Shown: one piece after another, positions 28,133-38,700 of the stretch
Numbering within the stretch: the stretch's first letter is position 1
Layout: every line of letters starts with the position of its first letter
DNA from: Candidatus Latescibacterota bacterium
Lineage (GTDB): Bacteria; Latescibacterota; UBA2968; GCA-2709665
Assembly: GCA_965237675.1 (NCBI GenBank)
Contig: OZ250150.1
Location: forward strand, 192,001-256,000
DNA length: 64,000 nucleotides
Direction of reading: 5' to 3'
Translations under genes and position numbers: made by a program
Notes under the pieces: model-generated
The model's database searches: none
Told to the model about the DNA's origin: nothing
Seen by the model: only the letters and a program-made list of their open reading frames with translations

Positions 28133-30346
28133 ATGGATTCTATCGGGACTGCTTTCCTTCTCGTGGTCGTTATATTCATTCCACTGGTTTCACCCGCGGC
28201 TGAATCGGATTCGCTAGAGTCGCTTGAGGCGGCGACGCATTCTGATCCTAAGGACGGGCGCGCATGGGTGCGCCTCGGGCACGCCTATCTTGATGCGGGT
28301 GACTACAAGCGGGCAAAAGGGGCGTTCAGGAAGGGCATTCGAAGTAACAGTCGGGCCGATGGATACAACGGTCTGGGGCTGGCTTACATGCGCGATCCGG
28401 GCTCCAGGGCGGTGAACAGGAAGGCTTTCGAGTACTTCAGGCGGGCGCTGGCGGCCGATCCCGGCTATGCCGAGGCCAGAATGAATATCGCCCGCCTGCA
28501 GATACAGTTGGGGCAACTGGACGCCGAGAAGGCCCTGAAGGAAGTCATCAAGCACCATCCGGGCTATGCGCCCGCATACCTCGCCCTTGCGGAATGGTTT
28601 CCGGATGGATACGAAGACCGGAGCGTGGTCCTGTATGAGCGGTACCTGGAGTTGCGGCCGGACGACCTGGACGGACACTACGGTCTGGCACTGGCATATA
28701 CCGGGCAACACCGATATGTTCGGGTGCTTGCAATTACGAACCGGGTACTCAAGCAACATCCTGGGTCCGGCCGTTTCCTGCCGCTGGCTGCGCAAGCATA
28801 CACCGCACGAGGTGACGCTGATAGAGCTCTGCAGCTGTTTGACACCTATTTTGGACTCATATCCGAGACAGAGCTGAGGCTTTATAAGGATGTTTCACTG
28901 ATCGCGTCTACCAAGGAGGTGAAAGCGTACAGCTCCAAGCCTTCCGAAGAGGCGGAACACTGGCTGAAGGCGTTCTGGCGCCAGCGGGATCCAACGCTGG
29001 TTTCCGGGGGAGCGCACCGCCAGGCGGAGCACTACCGGCGTATCTGGTACGCACGCACCTATTTTTCCGACAAGATGCATCCCTGGGACCGGCGGGGGGA
29101 GGTTTATATCCGTTACGGTGAACCGGACTATCGTTCCAGATCCGACCGGACCAACAAACCTGCCAGCCTGGATGTACAGTCGGTGAAGGAATTGATCTAT
29201 TTCGTTTTGAATGGGGTGGAGACCTTTGACGTCGAAAAGTACGACCTCGCGTTCACCGATCCGATATATCCAATATCGAGGTTTCTTCTCGGCGGAAACC
29301 GGGTCGCCTGGGAATCATGGGTTTACACCGACGTCGGCGGTGGGATTGAATTTGTGTTCACGGATGAAGCCGGAAACGGAAAGTGGGACTTCGCGCTGCC
29401 TCCACCTATTGATCCGATAAACCCCGACCTTCGGAAAATCAGCCGACTCATGAAGTACAATCCCGCGGTCGTATTTAAGGATGTGGTCTACAGGACGCCG
29501 GATTATTTCGATCTGCCTCCGGGTGTAGAGCCACTGGAGTTCTACTATGACCTTGCCACCTTTGACGGTGGGCCGGGTCGCACCAGGATGGAGATATATT
29601 TCGGCATCCCCGTGGAACACATCACAACCAGGGAAATCGAAGATCGCCTGCTGTCCCAGGTTGAATATACAGTTGCCGTGGTTGACGAGGAAGGTGAGAT
29701 GATTCACCGGGAACGGGACCGGCTCGCGTTTGCAGGACAGCAGAACGCGAAACCGGGTACGTTCGTGCCCCAGATAATAACGGTACGGTTGCCGCCGGGG
29801 GCCTATCGGCTCGCCGTTCAGTTGACGGATCTCTATTCGGACAAGTGGGGGCTGTATCATCAGGATCTGGATGTGCCGGCATATGGAGATTCTCTCAAGC
29901 TGAGCGACCTGGAATTGGCGTGGGGAATATCGAAGACCCGCGGAGCCGCCAAATTCCAGAAAGGCGATGTCTCGGTGGTCCCCATGCCCAGCCGGAGTTA
30001 TGGGAGAGGCCAGAGCGTATTCATTTACTATGAGGTGTATCACTTACTGAAGGATGAGTTCGGTCAAACCCGTTACCAGGTGACTTACACGCTGCGGCAA
30101 AACATCAGGCGGGGATTCAACCCGTTCGGCGCCCTGGCGGCGAAAATACGCCAGTTTGTCCGCAAAGCGGAACCGGAGTTGGTGATAAGCTATGAGCGAG
30201 CGGGGACGGATTCCTCCGAGCCCATCTACTTTGAGCTGGATACGAAAAAGGTAAAGCCGGGTCTTCATCAGATAGAAGTCACGGTTAAAGATCTGAATTC
30301 AAGCACTTCGGCTTCCACGAACGCGGTATTCCGGTTGGATGGATAG
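28133..30346 (+). CDS. TPR + GWxTD-domain exported protein
   Basis: Signal peptide MDSIGTAFLLVVVIFIPLVSPAA, TPR helices, FWRQRDP...EHYRRIWYA...PWDRRGEVYIRYGEP (GWxTD-domain variant), two C-terminal beta-sandwich regions. The start must lie downstream of the promoter (28061, 28091 or 28133). Confidence 0.87.
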   Translation: MDSIGTAFLLVVVIFIPLVSPAAESDSLESLEAATHSDPKDGRAWVRLGHAYLDAGDYKRAKGAFRKGIRSNSRADGYNGLGLAYMRDPGSRAVNRKAFEYFRRALAADPGYAEARMNIARLQIQLGQLDAEKALKEVIKHHPGYAPAYLALAEWFPDGYEDRSVVLYERYLELRPDDLDGHYGLALAYTGQHRYVRVLAITNRVLKQHPGSGRFLPLAAQAYTARGDADRALQLFDTYFGLISETELRLYKDVSLIASTKEVKAYSSKPSEEAEHWLKAFWRQRDPTLVSGGAHRQAEHYRRIWYARTYFSDKMHPWDRRGEVYIRYGEPDYRSRSDRTNKPASLDVQSVKELIYFVLNGVETFDVEKYDLAFTDPIYPISRFLLGGNRVAWESWVYTDVGGGIEFVFTDEAGNGKWDFALPPPIDPINPDLRKISRLMKYNPAVVFKDVVYRTPDYFDLPPGVEPLEFYYDLATFDGGPGRTRMEIYFGIPVEHITTREIEDRLLSQVEYTVAVVDEEGEMIHRERDRLAFAGQQNAKPGTFVPQIITVRLPPGAYRLAVQLTDLYSDKWGLYHQDLDVPAYGDSLKLSDLELAWGISKTRGAAKFQKGDVSVVPMPSRSYGRGQSVFIYYEVYHLLKDEFGQTRYQVTYTLRQNIRRGFNPFGALAAKIRQFVRKAEPELVISYERAGTDSSEPIYFELDTKKVKPGLHQIEVTVKDLNSSTSASTNAVFRLDG

Positions 30347-30452
30347 TCACGGACCGCTCCCATCGCTCGACGATATTCGACGAAGATCGGGACCGGTCGA
30401 ATCACGAATTTGAAACTGAAATGGTTTGATATTGCCGTCAGAGACGGAAGGG

Positions 30453-30476
30453 AGGGCCTCGCGGCCCTTTTTCTTT
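30453..30476 (+). terminator. Intrinsic terminator between the two GWxTD genes
   Basis: AGGGCC-TCGC-GGCCCT followed by TTTTCTTT. Confidence 0.7.
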
Positions 30477-30503
30477 GTGTAAGGATGGAGAATTATCCCG
30501 GAT

Positions 30504-30538
30504 TTTACCGAACCCGGGCTCGAGAACGAGTGTCTTAC
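30504..30538 (+). promoter_or_regulatory. ECF-sigma-like promoter, copy 3
   Basis: TTTACCGAACCCG-GGCTCGAGAACGA-GTGTCTTAC. Confidence 0.75.
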
Positions 30539-30666
30539 CATGTGAAAGGGATGTATCCGCCGACCCTGTTGCAAACCCTTCCGCCAGGTTGTTTTTCCAG
30601 ACTCTCAATCCAATCACGGATGGCGGGCGAGATCCTGCCGCTTTAGGGATGCAAGGAGCCGCGAAA

Positions 30667-32706
30667 ATGGTTCGTTTTGCATTAGCCGTTTGCCTGTTGG
30701 CGCTGTGCGCCACCCGTGTCGATGCCAGACGATCCGATCCGGCGAGGGTGGACTCGATGCTGGCCGTTGCAGCGGATACGCTGCTTCATAGGGACACGCG
30801 CGAAGCCCTGCTGAAGCGTGCGCTGAGGCACGACCGGTCTGGAAAGACAATGCACGCTCTGGCGCGGTTTTACATGGCCCAGGGCACGCCGGTATCCCGT
30901 CAGACAGCGGGCAGATGGCTGCTGCGGGCCCGGCAGCGGGAACGGAAAAACACGGAATATCTGGCAACTTCCTCTGAGTTGCTGTGGCGGTCCTTGCAGC
31001 GTCCGAACTCCTACCGAAGAGCGCTCGAGGTTCTGGCGCTGGATCCAAATCATGTCGAGGCGCTCTTCTGGGCGGGACGTTTTGTGGTCTGGTCCTGGGA
31101 GATGACCTATTTCACGGATATGCCTGATGACGACACCGAAACGATGCTCGGGAGATATTCAATCAGCGGTAGAAAAACCCTGACGTACGTTGAGTATCCG
31201 GACCTGCAAATTGACCGCGGAATCGCGTACCTGACCCGCGCCATCAGCGCGGATCCCGTCCACTGGCCGTCTCACCAGTACCTCGGGCTATCCTACTACG
31301 CAGCCGGGATGCCCGAGCCCCTCATCGACCTCTTCGAAGCCTATCGAAAGCGGCGTCCGGAGAATTGGAATGCCCACTTTTTCGTGGGCCTCGGCTATCA
31401 GATGAAGGGCGACCTGGAAGCGGCCTATCTGGCGTACGTGGATGGACTGAACCGGATGACTGAAACGGCCCGCAGGTTCATGCAGTCGATCTTTCTGATT
31501 CGAGACCCTGTTCAGGAAAAACGGGGCGGGGCGCCTCCCGGCGAAGAGGAGATCCGCAAGTTCTGGTTCGGGAAGGACCCCATGTTTTCGACTCCGGTGA
31601 ATGAGCGCTTGCTGGAACAGTGCCGGCGCGTGGCGTACTCGAACCTTCGGTTCTCCGATCCCATCAACGGGCGTGAAGGTTGGCAGACCGACCGGGGGCA
31701 GGTCTATATACGATATGGTGACCCGCGTGTCCGCTTTATGAAAGATCCCGCCAGGGGTCGGAAGGAAATATGGGGGTATGGCGAGTTTACGGTGGTGTTT
31801 TTTAATACGGTTTCGTGGGACTCCTGGCTGTTCGGATTGGCCAGGCTGGGAAATAAACGCCTGACACTCGAACAACTGGTGAAGGCGGTACCCGACATCT
31901 ATGAGCATCCTCTGCAATATGACGCCCCCTACCAGACTGCCCAGTTTCGACATGAAGACGGCACGACGCGCGTGGAAGTGTATTACGCCCTTCTGGATGA
32001 GAATGTGCGGCATGCGCTGTCGGGCGGCAACGGAAACGCCACTGTGGACCTCAGACAGGCGCTTTTTCTCTTCGATTCCGATTGGGATACCGTCCGGCAC
32101 AACGTCGTAAGCGTGGATCGGATGCCACGGGTCGAGTATGAATCCCCGGAAGAGGGCTTCCTGTTGGCCGCGGAACGCATGATCCTTGAACCGGGGATGT
32201 ATTTTCTGGCGGGCGAAGCCGAAGATCGGTCGACGAGGCGGGTGGGCACGTTTCGGGAGCCGTTGGAGGTAAGGTCTTTCGGGCAGGACACTCTGGAGAT
32301 CAGCAGCCTGTTGATGGCACGGCGCATTCAGGCGCGGGAGAACGCGCCATACGGCCGGGCGCAGTTTCTGGTTCTGCCGAATCCATTGCAGGTGTGCCGC
32401 CGCAAAGGGCACGCGTGGTTCTACTTTGAGATCTACAATCTGGCGCGGGACCCCTTTGGGGCTACCCACTACCGGATCAGCTATCAGATGCAGGTGCTTC
32501 CGGATGACGGGGTGGTCGACTCCACGGTGGCGTGGACGACGGCCGTTTCGTACTCGTACCGGGGCGGCCGCGAATGGGAGCCCCGCTTTCTGCGGGTCGA
32601 TATGGACGGCGCAACGCCGGGGTTACGTGCCTTTCAAGTGGTTGTGGAGGATTTGCAGAACGGTCGGGAGGCGCTTTCGGAGACAGGATTCAGGATAAGA
32701 TGGTAG
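30667..32706 (+). CDS. TPR + GWxTD-domain exported protein
   Basis: RBS AAGGAG, signal peptide MVRFALAVCLLALCATRVDA, canonical FW..KDP...NERLLE..RRVAYSN...GWQTDRGQVYIRYGDP. Confidence 0.9.
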   Translation: MVRFALAVCLLALCATRVDARRSDPARVDSMLAVAADTLLHRDTREALLKRALRHDRSGKTMHALARFYMAQGTPVSRQTAGRWLLRARQRERKNTEYLATSSELLWRSLQRPNSYRRALEVLALDPNHVEALFWAGRFVVWSWEMTYFTDMPDDDTETMLGRYSISGRKTLTYVEYPDLQIDRGIAYLTRAISADPVHWPSHQYLGLSYYAAGMPEPLIDLFEAYRKRRPENWNAHFFVGLGYQMKGDLEAAYLAYVDGLNRMTETARRFMQSIFLIRDPVQEKRGGAPPGEEEIRKFWFGKDPMFSTPVNERLLEQCRRVAYSNLRFSDPINGREGWQTDRGQVYIRYGDPRVRFMKDPARGRKEIWGYGEFTVVFFNTVSWDSWLFGLARLGNKRLTLEQLVKAVPDIYEHPLQYDAPYQTAQFRHEDGTTRVEVYYALLDENVRHALSGGNGNATVDLRQALFLFDSDWDTVRHNVVSVDRMPRVEYESPEEGFLLAAERMILEPGMYFLAGEAEDRSTRRVGTFREPLEVRSFGQDTLEISSLLMARRIQARENAPYGRAQFLVLPNPLQVCRRKGHAWFYFEIYNLARDPFGATHYRISYQMQVLPDDGVVDSTVAWTTAVSYSYRGGREWEPRFLRVDMDGATPGLRAFQVVVEDLQNGREALSETGFRIRW

Positions 32707-32755
32707 CCGGGATCCCTCATACCACACCCGCCCGAGGGCTGAAGCCGCGCAAACA

Positions 32756-32790
32756 GAAGGGGGCCAGGGCAGTTACCCTGGTCCCCCTTC
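32756..32790. terminator. Hairpin between convergent genes
   Basis: GAAGGGGGCCAGGG-CAGTTA-CCCTGGTCCCCCTTC. Confidence 0.6.
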
Positions 32791-32831
32791 CTCTGTTACA
32801 GCGAGCCATTTGACGCCGTCGCCTGGCCGGG

Positions 32832-35234
32832 CTATTCCAGGGCGGCGATTGTCCCCGGCGGGATTTGCGTTTCAGCGCCATTGTGTGTCACCTGAGCCAG
32901 GGCAGTGCCCGTGTTTCTGGCCCACACCACGCCGGTCTCGGCGGCGTTGATTTCAAGCGCGCCCTCTGTGGTGATGTTCAGGAGCGCTTCCTGCAGAAGG
33001 GCTTCGCCCGCTCCGAGAGTTCGCGCATAGGCGACCCCGTCCTCCGTTACGGACGTAACGCCCCCAAAAATAGGAATGTCGGAAAGTTCTGAGCGCTGCG
33101 CCGTAAAGGTAAACGCGGTGGCTCTGTCGCCGAAGTTCGCCACGGCCAGGTGATTGTCCGCGAGAAGGCCAATGGCGGATCGTTCAGTTTGCATAATCAC
33201 AAAGTCGATACCTGCCGTATTGCGATGGCTGCGATCCGGGGCGATGAGCGCAGTGAGTTCGGAAATAGTCTTGCCGGAGGTTACCTGAACGGGTTCGTCG
33301 ACCCGGCTGAGGGTGACGTCATCGGCCACGGCGCGCCAGACCTGGTAAAAGTGACGGTTGCGGTAGACGGTTTTCCCGGTACCCGTGTAGACGATACCCA
33401 GGCGGTTGTCGATGTTGAGCCACGCCGGATGATCGTAGGTCTTGACGTCGTCGCTGTCGGGATCCCTCGTGACGTAACTCCTGAAGCGATCCGAACCGCC
33501 CGGCGTGTGGACGTTACGGTAGCCGTTGCAGTTTCCCTTCAGGGCGTTGAAGTCTTCATTGACGATGCGCAGGAAACCCTGGTCGACACTCTGAACGGTA
33601 ATATTCTCTCTGGCCGTGAGCCGTTCGCAGGAAAGGGAGATACCGGAGGGCAGGCCCGCAAAGAGCACTTCCTGGCGTACCGAACCCTGGGCGCGGTTCA
33701 GGATCAGCGCGGCGGCAAAACCTTCCTGATGTTCGTCCACTCGAACGGAGATCAGGTCGTGGCTGTCGGGCCTGTCCTGAACATCGATGCTGGCCAGAAA
33801 CGAATTTGACGCCGGCGCGACCGTGTAGAGGCCGTCCTTGTTCAACGGCAGCACCATGATGTCGTTTCGCCACGAGAGTGAAGTTTGACCGGTGCGATGT
33901 CTCTGAAAGACGAAACCGGATTGGGGATAGACCTTAACGCCCCTCAGGCTGCGTTCGACACGCGACGAGGGTGCAGGATCCGGTCCGTCGCCGAAGATCC
34001 TGTGGAAGAAATAGGTGTGGGCGGGATTGACGATGTTGTGTTCCCGGATGATAAGCGGATCCTGGGGTCCATGCACCATCTCGGCGATCTGTTGATCGTG
34101 CACGCGCCCGCCGGCGCTTTCCGCGCGCTGTTCCAGGGTCTCAAGCGCCTGGCGTTCGAAATACGCGGCGTCCGGGTCGTTCAGGAACAGGGCGGCCGTC
34201 GCATGGGTGAGCGTGCCCGGGTCGGGCGAGAGATACGGCCAGTCCATGCCCTGCACGGGATGCATCGAGCCGGTCCGGTCCGTGGTACGTTTGAGTTGGT
34301 CGTAGATTTCCTTCCGGTTGAATAGGCCATGTACCGGAACCTCCGCGCCGAACGCCCCGTAGATGATGCCGAGCCGCCCCAGGAACATAACCGAACTGCC
34401 GGTGTAGCTGGGATGCACCATGCCGTGGTTCTCGGCCATATAGTCCGGCAACGTGGTGAAAGTCTGGCCGGTGAGTTCCCGAACGGTCTGACCGTTTGAA
34501 AACGGCGCAAAGTTCTTCGTGTCCTGCTGGGTTGTGGCCGTGGAGAACATCCAGCGGCGGGCCGTCTCGGCCCAGGATTTGACGTGGGGCGAGTTGCTCA
34601 GGAAGCACTCAACGGAGGCCAGGCCGCAGGATGTCCAGCCGTTTTCTTCCATTTGCGTATTGGTAAAAACGCCGCTCTTGGGCGCCATGGCTCCGAACCT
34701 CTCGGCATAGTCCTCGTGCATGCGCGCGATCATACCCCACGTCTCGTCGTCGACCATTCCGCCCAGCAAGAGGGCGATGAGGCCGACGTCGGAAAGATTC
34801 GTTCCGCACTGGCTCTCGGGGAAAAACCCCCGGCCGCGTTCGCCCCACTTGGTGCCCCAGGTTCTGGGATTGCCCAGGCTCTTTTCGGGCCGTATACAGT
34901 CGGCAGGACCCGTGTCGTGGGTATAGCAGAGATAACGGATGCCCTTCAGCGCGATCTCCCGGAGTTCCTTCCTGGAGCAGCCGGTCCGTTTCGCGTCGTA
35001 TTCGGGCGAATTCGCGAGCGCGGCAAATACGAAGGCCGGTCCGGCCGTGTCGCTGCCGTACCAGTGGGCGCCGCCGAAAAAATGCCCGCAATTGGGACGG
35101 TCCGGCCAATCTTCGAAATAATCGAGGCCTATGGGTACCCAGTTCTCCAGGATGCGCTTATAACGCCTGCTCAGCGGGGTTTCCATGGCAGGCACGGACG
35201 TCCGCCGGCGGTTGGTTAGAATTTCAGGGAGCAT
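32832..35234 (-). CDS. Large hypothetical protein, possible polysaccharide-lyase-like (helical toroid + beta-sandwich)
   Basis: 800 aa with coding-like composition and RBS AGGAG. NTQMEENGW, ENHGMVHPSY and QGMDW motifs in a helical N-half; beta-rich C-half. The function is inference. Confidence 0.6.
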   Translation of the reverse strand: MLPEILTNRRRTSVPAMETPLSRRYKRILENWVPIGLDYFEDWPDRPNCGHFFGGAHWYGSDTAGPAFVFAALANSPEYDAKRTGCSRKELREIALKGIRYLCYTHDTGPADCIRPEKSLGNPRTWGTKWGERGRGFFPESQCGTNLSDVGLIALLLGGMVDDETWGMIARMHEDYAERFGAMAPKSGVFTNTQMEENGWTSCGLASVECFLSNSPHVKSWAETARRWMFSTATTQQDTKNFAPFSNGQTVRELTGQTFTTLPDYMAENHGMVHPSYTGSSVMFLGRLGIIYGAFGAEVPVHGLFNRKEIYDQLKRTTDRTGSMHPVQGMDWPYLSPDPGTLTHATAALFLNDPDAAYFERQALETLEQRAESAGGRVHDQQIAEMVHGPQDPLIIREHNIVNPAHTYFFHRIFGDGPDPAPSSRVERSLRGVKVYPQSGFVFQRHRTGQTSLSWRNDIMVLPLNKDGLYTVAPASNSFLASIDVQDRPDSHDLISVRVDEHQEGFAAALILNRAQGSVRQEVLFAGLPSGISLSCERLTARENITVQSVDQGFLRIVNEDFNALKGNCNGYRNVHTPGGSDRFRSYVTRDPDSDDVKTYDHPAWLNIDNRLGIVYTGTGKTVYRNRHFYQVWRAVADDVTLSRVDEPVQVTSGKTISELTALIAPDRSHRNTAGIDFVIMQTERSAIGLLADNHLAVANFGDRATAFTFTAQRSELSDIPIFGGVTSVTEDGVAYARTLGAGEALLQEALLNITTEGALEINAAETGVVWARNTGTALAQVTHNGAETQIPPGTIAALE

Positions 35235-35360
35235 ATCATCTCCTTTTCGGTGTTGACTGCACGAGAGGGGTAAGGCTTCAGTGAAAAACCGGATCTCTGC
35301 TCGAATAACTCCGGATAACCGGCCGCGATTCGATCCAGGGTCTCCATCTCAGGTCCGTAC

Positions 35361-35780
35361 TCACGTCTCCGGGTTCCGTCCTAAGATCTTGTCGATTAAT
35401 GACCTCCGTGAAAGTCGTTCCACTGCGTTTCGAGTGCTTCGGATTTCCGACGAAAGTTCGTCGACGACGCCGAGCTTTTCATGGATTCGAGCGAGCGCTT
35501 CCTCAATCGCCGTGAGCCTTTCGCCGACCTGCAATGGTTCGGTGCGTTGCAAGAGTTCAACGGCATTCTGGAACGCTGAAAGGGCACTATTCAGCGAATC
35601 AATCGCGTCTCTCGCCACAGAGGCGAGATCCGAGACGATGACATTGGCTTCACCGAGCCCTCTGCCTGCGTTGGCAAGAGAATGTTGGAGCGCATCGAAC
35701 TTTTCGAGACGCTGCACCACCTCCGTGGCTCGACGTTCGGTTTCACTGAGCCGTTCCTGTAGATCTTCCAATATATCCAT
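35361..35780 (-). CDS. Small coiled-coil protein
   Basis: ATG directly abuts the RecQ-like stop (TAAATG); heptad-rich sequence ending RRSLIDKILGR. Confidence 0.75.
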   Translation of the reverse strand: MDILEDLQERLSETERRATEVVQRLEKFDALQHSLANAGRGLGEANVIVSDLASVARDAIDSLNSALSAFQNAVELLQRTEPLQVGERLTAIEEALARIHEKLGVVDELSSEIRSTRNAVERLSRRSLIDKILGRNPET

Positions 35781-38700
35781 TTACGCTCCCAATGCCTTTG
35801 CCACGCCGGGCGCCTCATATTGGCTGGCCACCCGGTCAGCTATCTGATTCAACCGATCGACAACGTTGCGAACCCTTCGGATCGCAATTACGGCGCGGAC
35901 GCGGGGATCGTCAAGGTCGCCCGTACGCTGAGACACCCGCCTTTCCAGGTATGCGAAGTCCGGCGCCGCATCGGCAAGATCGAGCAGCGCAACCGTGAGG
36001 GGCGGCCCGAGATCACCGGCGCGGGTTGACGCGAGGTCGTACATCTCGTCGATGGCCGCCTCGATATCCGTCCGCGAGATCCCATATTTTTCAACGCCGC
36101 CGCGGATCGCTGCGCCGATTCCCCTGGCGCTGACGGTTTCATCGTGATCCGAACACATCGACTCTGAAAGCGCGCGAGCCAGAAGAAGCCCGGGGTGGTC
36201 CGGGTCGGACTCGAGCGCGCGAATGCACAGACCACGAAGCTCGCCCGCGTCCATCACCGTCTGCACTTTGGAAACAAGATTCCACCACGAGGACAACTCG
36301 ACATCCTCACTCTTTAGCAGTCTTTCAATGTGCTCTGCGCCAAAGCCCTCCTGAAGGTAGTCGAGCAGCCGTGTACGAATTTCCGCGTCGTCTCGCGCCT
36401 GACGTGCCAGTAACAGGGCCTCCCTGATCATACCCCGCCGCGAACGTTCGACGAGGTCGTACGTGAACTCGATCAGTATCGTGACCAGCGCAAGCACCGC
36501 GTCTCTCGGTCGGCAAGTGCCGATCCTATCAACGCTTCGGACGATCGACTTGCTCCTTCCGGGTTGGGCCGAGCGAACGAATTCAAGCAGCCTGTTCTTA
36601 CAGCGATCGAAATCGAACGCCTCCGCATGAAGCACAAACTTGCGGGATCCGAAGTCGACCTCATAGTCGTCAATCACGCCAAGCCTGAGGAGCCGGTAGA
36701 CGGCCTTCTCCCCTCTGATGCGGTTGTCACCGTAGGGTCGTTCGATTCGTTGTCTGGAAGAGAGATCGCCCAGCGCATTCAAAAGATCGGTCACATCATC
36801 GATTTCCCGAGCCGCCCCACTGAACGCCTGCAGGTGAAACCACAATGCCCGGGTGATGTCATCCGCCGTCTGGCGGTTTCCTTCAATCGCTATAAATTTG
36901 CTGCGAAGCGCCTCCAGGTCGAGATCGGGATCGATCAACTCCGAGGAACGACTCGAGTCGTATTCCGAAAACACCACTGTCGCGCGTGCGAGTTTTCGAT
37001 CCCGCCCCGCGCGGCCGGCTTCCTGGTAGAAGCTCTCGAGCGACATCGGCATCCCGAAATGCACCGTATACCGGATATTCGGTTTGTCGATCCCCATCCC
37101 GAACGCTTTGGTCGCGACGAGCACGGGCACGCGATTGGCTTTGAAATCCGCCGCATTCTCACGCTTCTCCACGTCCCATTTCCCGGCATCCACGGACCCC
37201 GGCGGGTTGCCTGAGTATAACGTGACTTCCGCACCCGTAGCCTGCCGCACGATACTGCGCGCATCCTGTATCCCGTAAGTACGGGCATTGACCGTTGGGA
37301 CGAAGACGATTCCCGAAGCGGTATGGGCGCCCGAGGGTCGGTAGAACTCCGCCCGGGGCAACCCGAATTTTCCCGGCAGTGCGTTCAGCACGCCGCGCAG
37401 CGCCGCCTTAGGTTCCTCCGTCGGCGAGGTGCGCACGATCTCGAAGCGAATCTCGGAGCGATCGAAGGACGCCGGTCGAATTAATGCGTCCGATCGGTTC
37501 CTGTCGATGCCCAGGTCGGCAAGCATGTCCCGTAAGACCGCCCGCGAGGCGGTTCCCGTGAGGGCCAGCAGCGGCGGCGGCCGGCGTTCGCGATCCGCGC
37601 CGAGCCGTCTCAGGTTGTTCGCGAGGTTCAGGTACGCGGGACGGAAATCGTGTCCCCACTCCGATACGCAATGCGCTTCATCGATAACCGCAAGGTTGAC
37701 CGGCGCGCACTCCACCAGCGCACGGAGCGCCGCCCGAAACTGTGGCGACTGAAGCCGTTCGGGCGCGTGAAGCACGAACAGGTACTCGCCGCGTTCGATC
37801 CGCTGGAGCAGGCGTTCACGTTCCTCGCGCGTGGAGAGTTGGCCGGTAATCGAAACCGCCCGATCGATTCCGTAGGACCTCAGAACCTCGACCTGGTCTT
37901 CAATCAACGCGGTTATGGGATCGACCACCAGCGTTACGCCAGGCATCAGGAGCCCGGCGAGTTGATAGATGATACTCTTGCCCCCGCCGGTCTGAAGCAG
38001 CACGACGCTGTCTTTCTGTCGCAACACATTGAAGATGGCCTGCCCCTGCATCGGGCGGAAATCTTTCTTGCGAAATATGTTCCGGAGGAACATCCGGAGC
38101 GGTGCGTGAGCTTCTTCGTAGGTCGACACCGCGGTCCCTCGCCGGCGCAGGTCGAACGACTGCCCGGCCGCGATCAATGCCGGGACGTACACCGGGCGAA
38201 TGACGAAATCCCGCCCCTCGTGCCTGACCCGATGAAACGGGCTCATTGTGGACTCGATGGCAATGCTCAACCGGTCCACGGGTGCGTCGATCAGGGTGGT
38301 CTCCACCCACCGGCCGGCGTCGCCGCGCATCCACGTCTTGTGAAACCCGTCGTCCGCGCGCACGGAACATCGGGTTGGGACCGAACAACCACCATACAGA
38401 ATATCGATGCCCGCCAGCAACCGAAGCGCATCCAGCACCGCGGCCGCGGCCGGGGCTCCGGCCCCTTGTATGTCAATATCCCAGCTGCCGCCCGGCGTCA
38501 GCCACCCGTATTCCAGCGCGCGGGCGATCGCGAACTGTACCTTCGCTGCTGTTGCGCAATCCAGAACAAGCGAGGCAACGGCCCTTTCTTCACCGGCGGC
38601 CAGGCCGAATGCCGTCAGAGCCATCTTGCATCGACCGCGTATCTCATCCAGCATGGCGCCCTGGCCACTCAGCACTTCCGCGTTGGTGATCCGTAGAACG

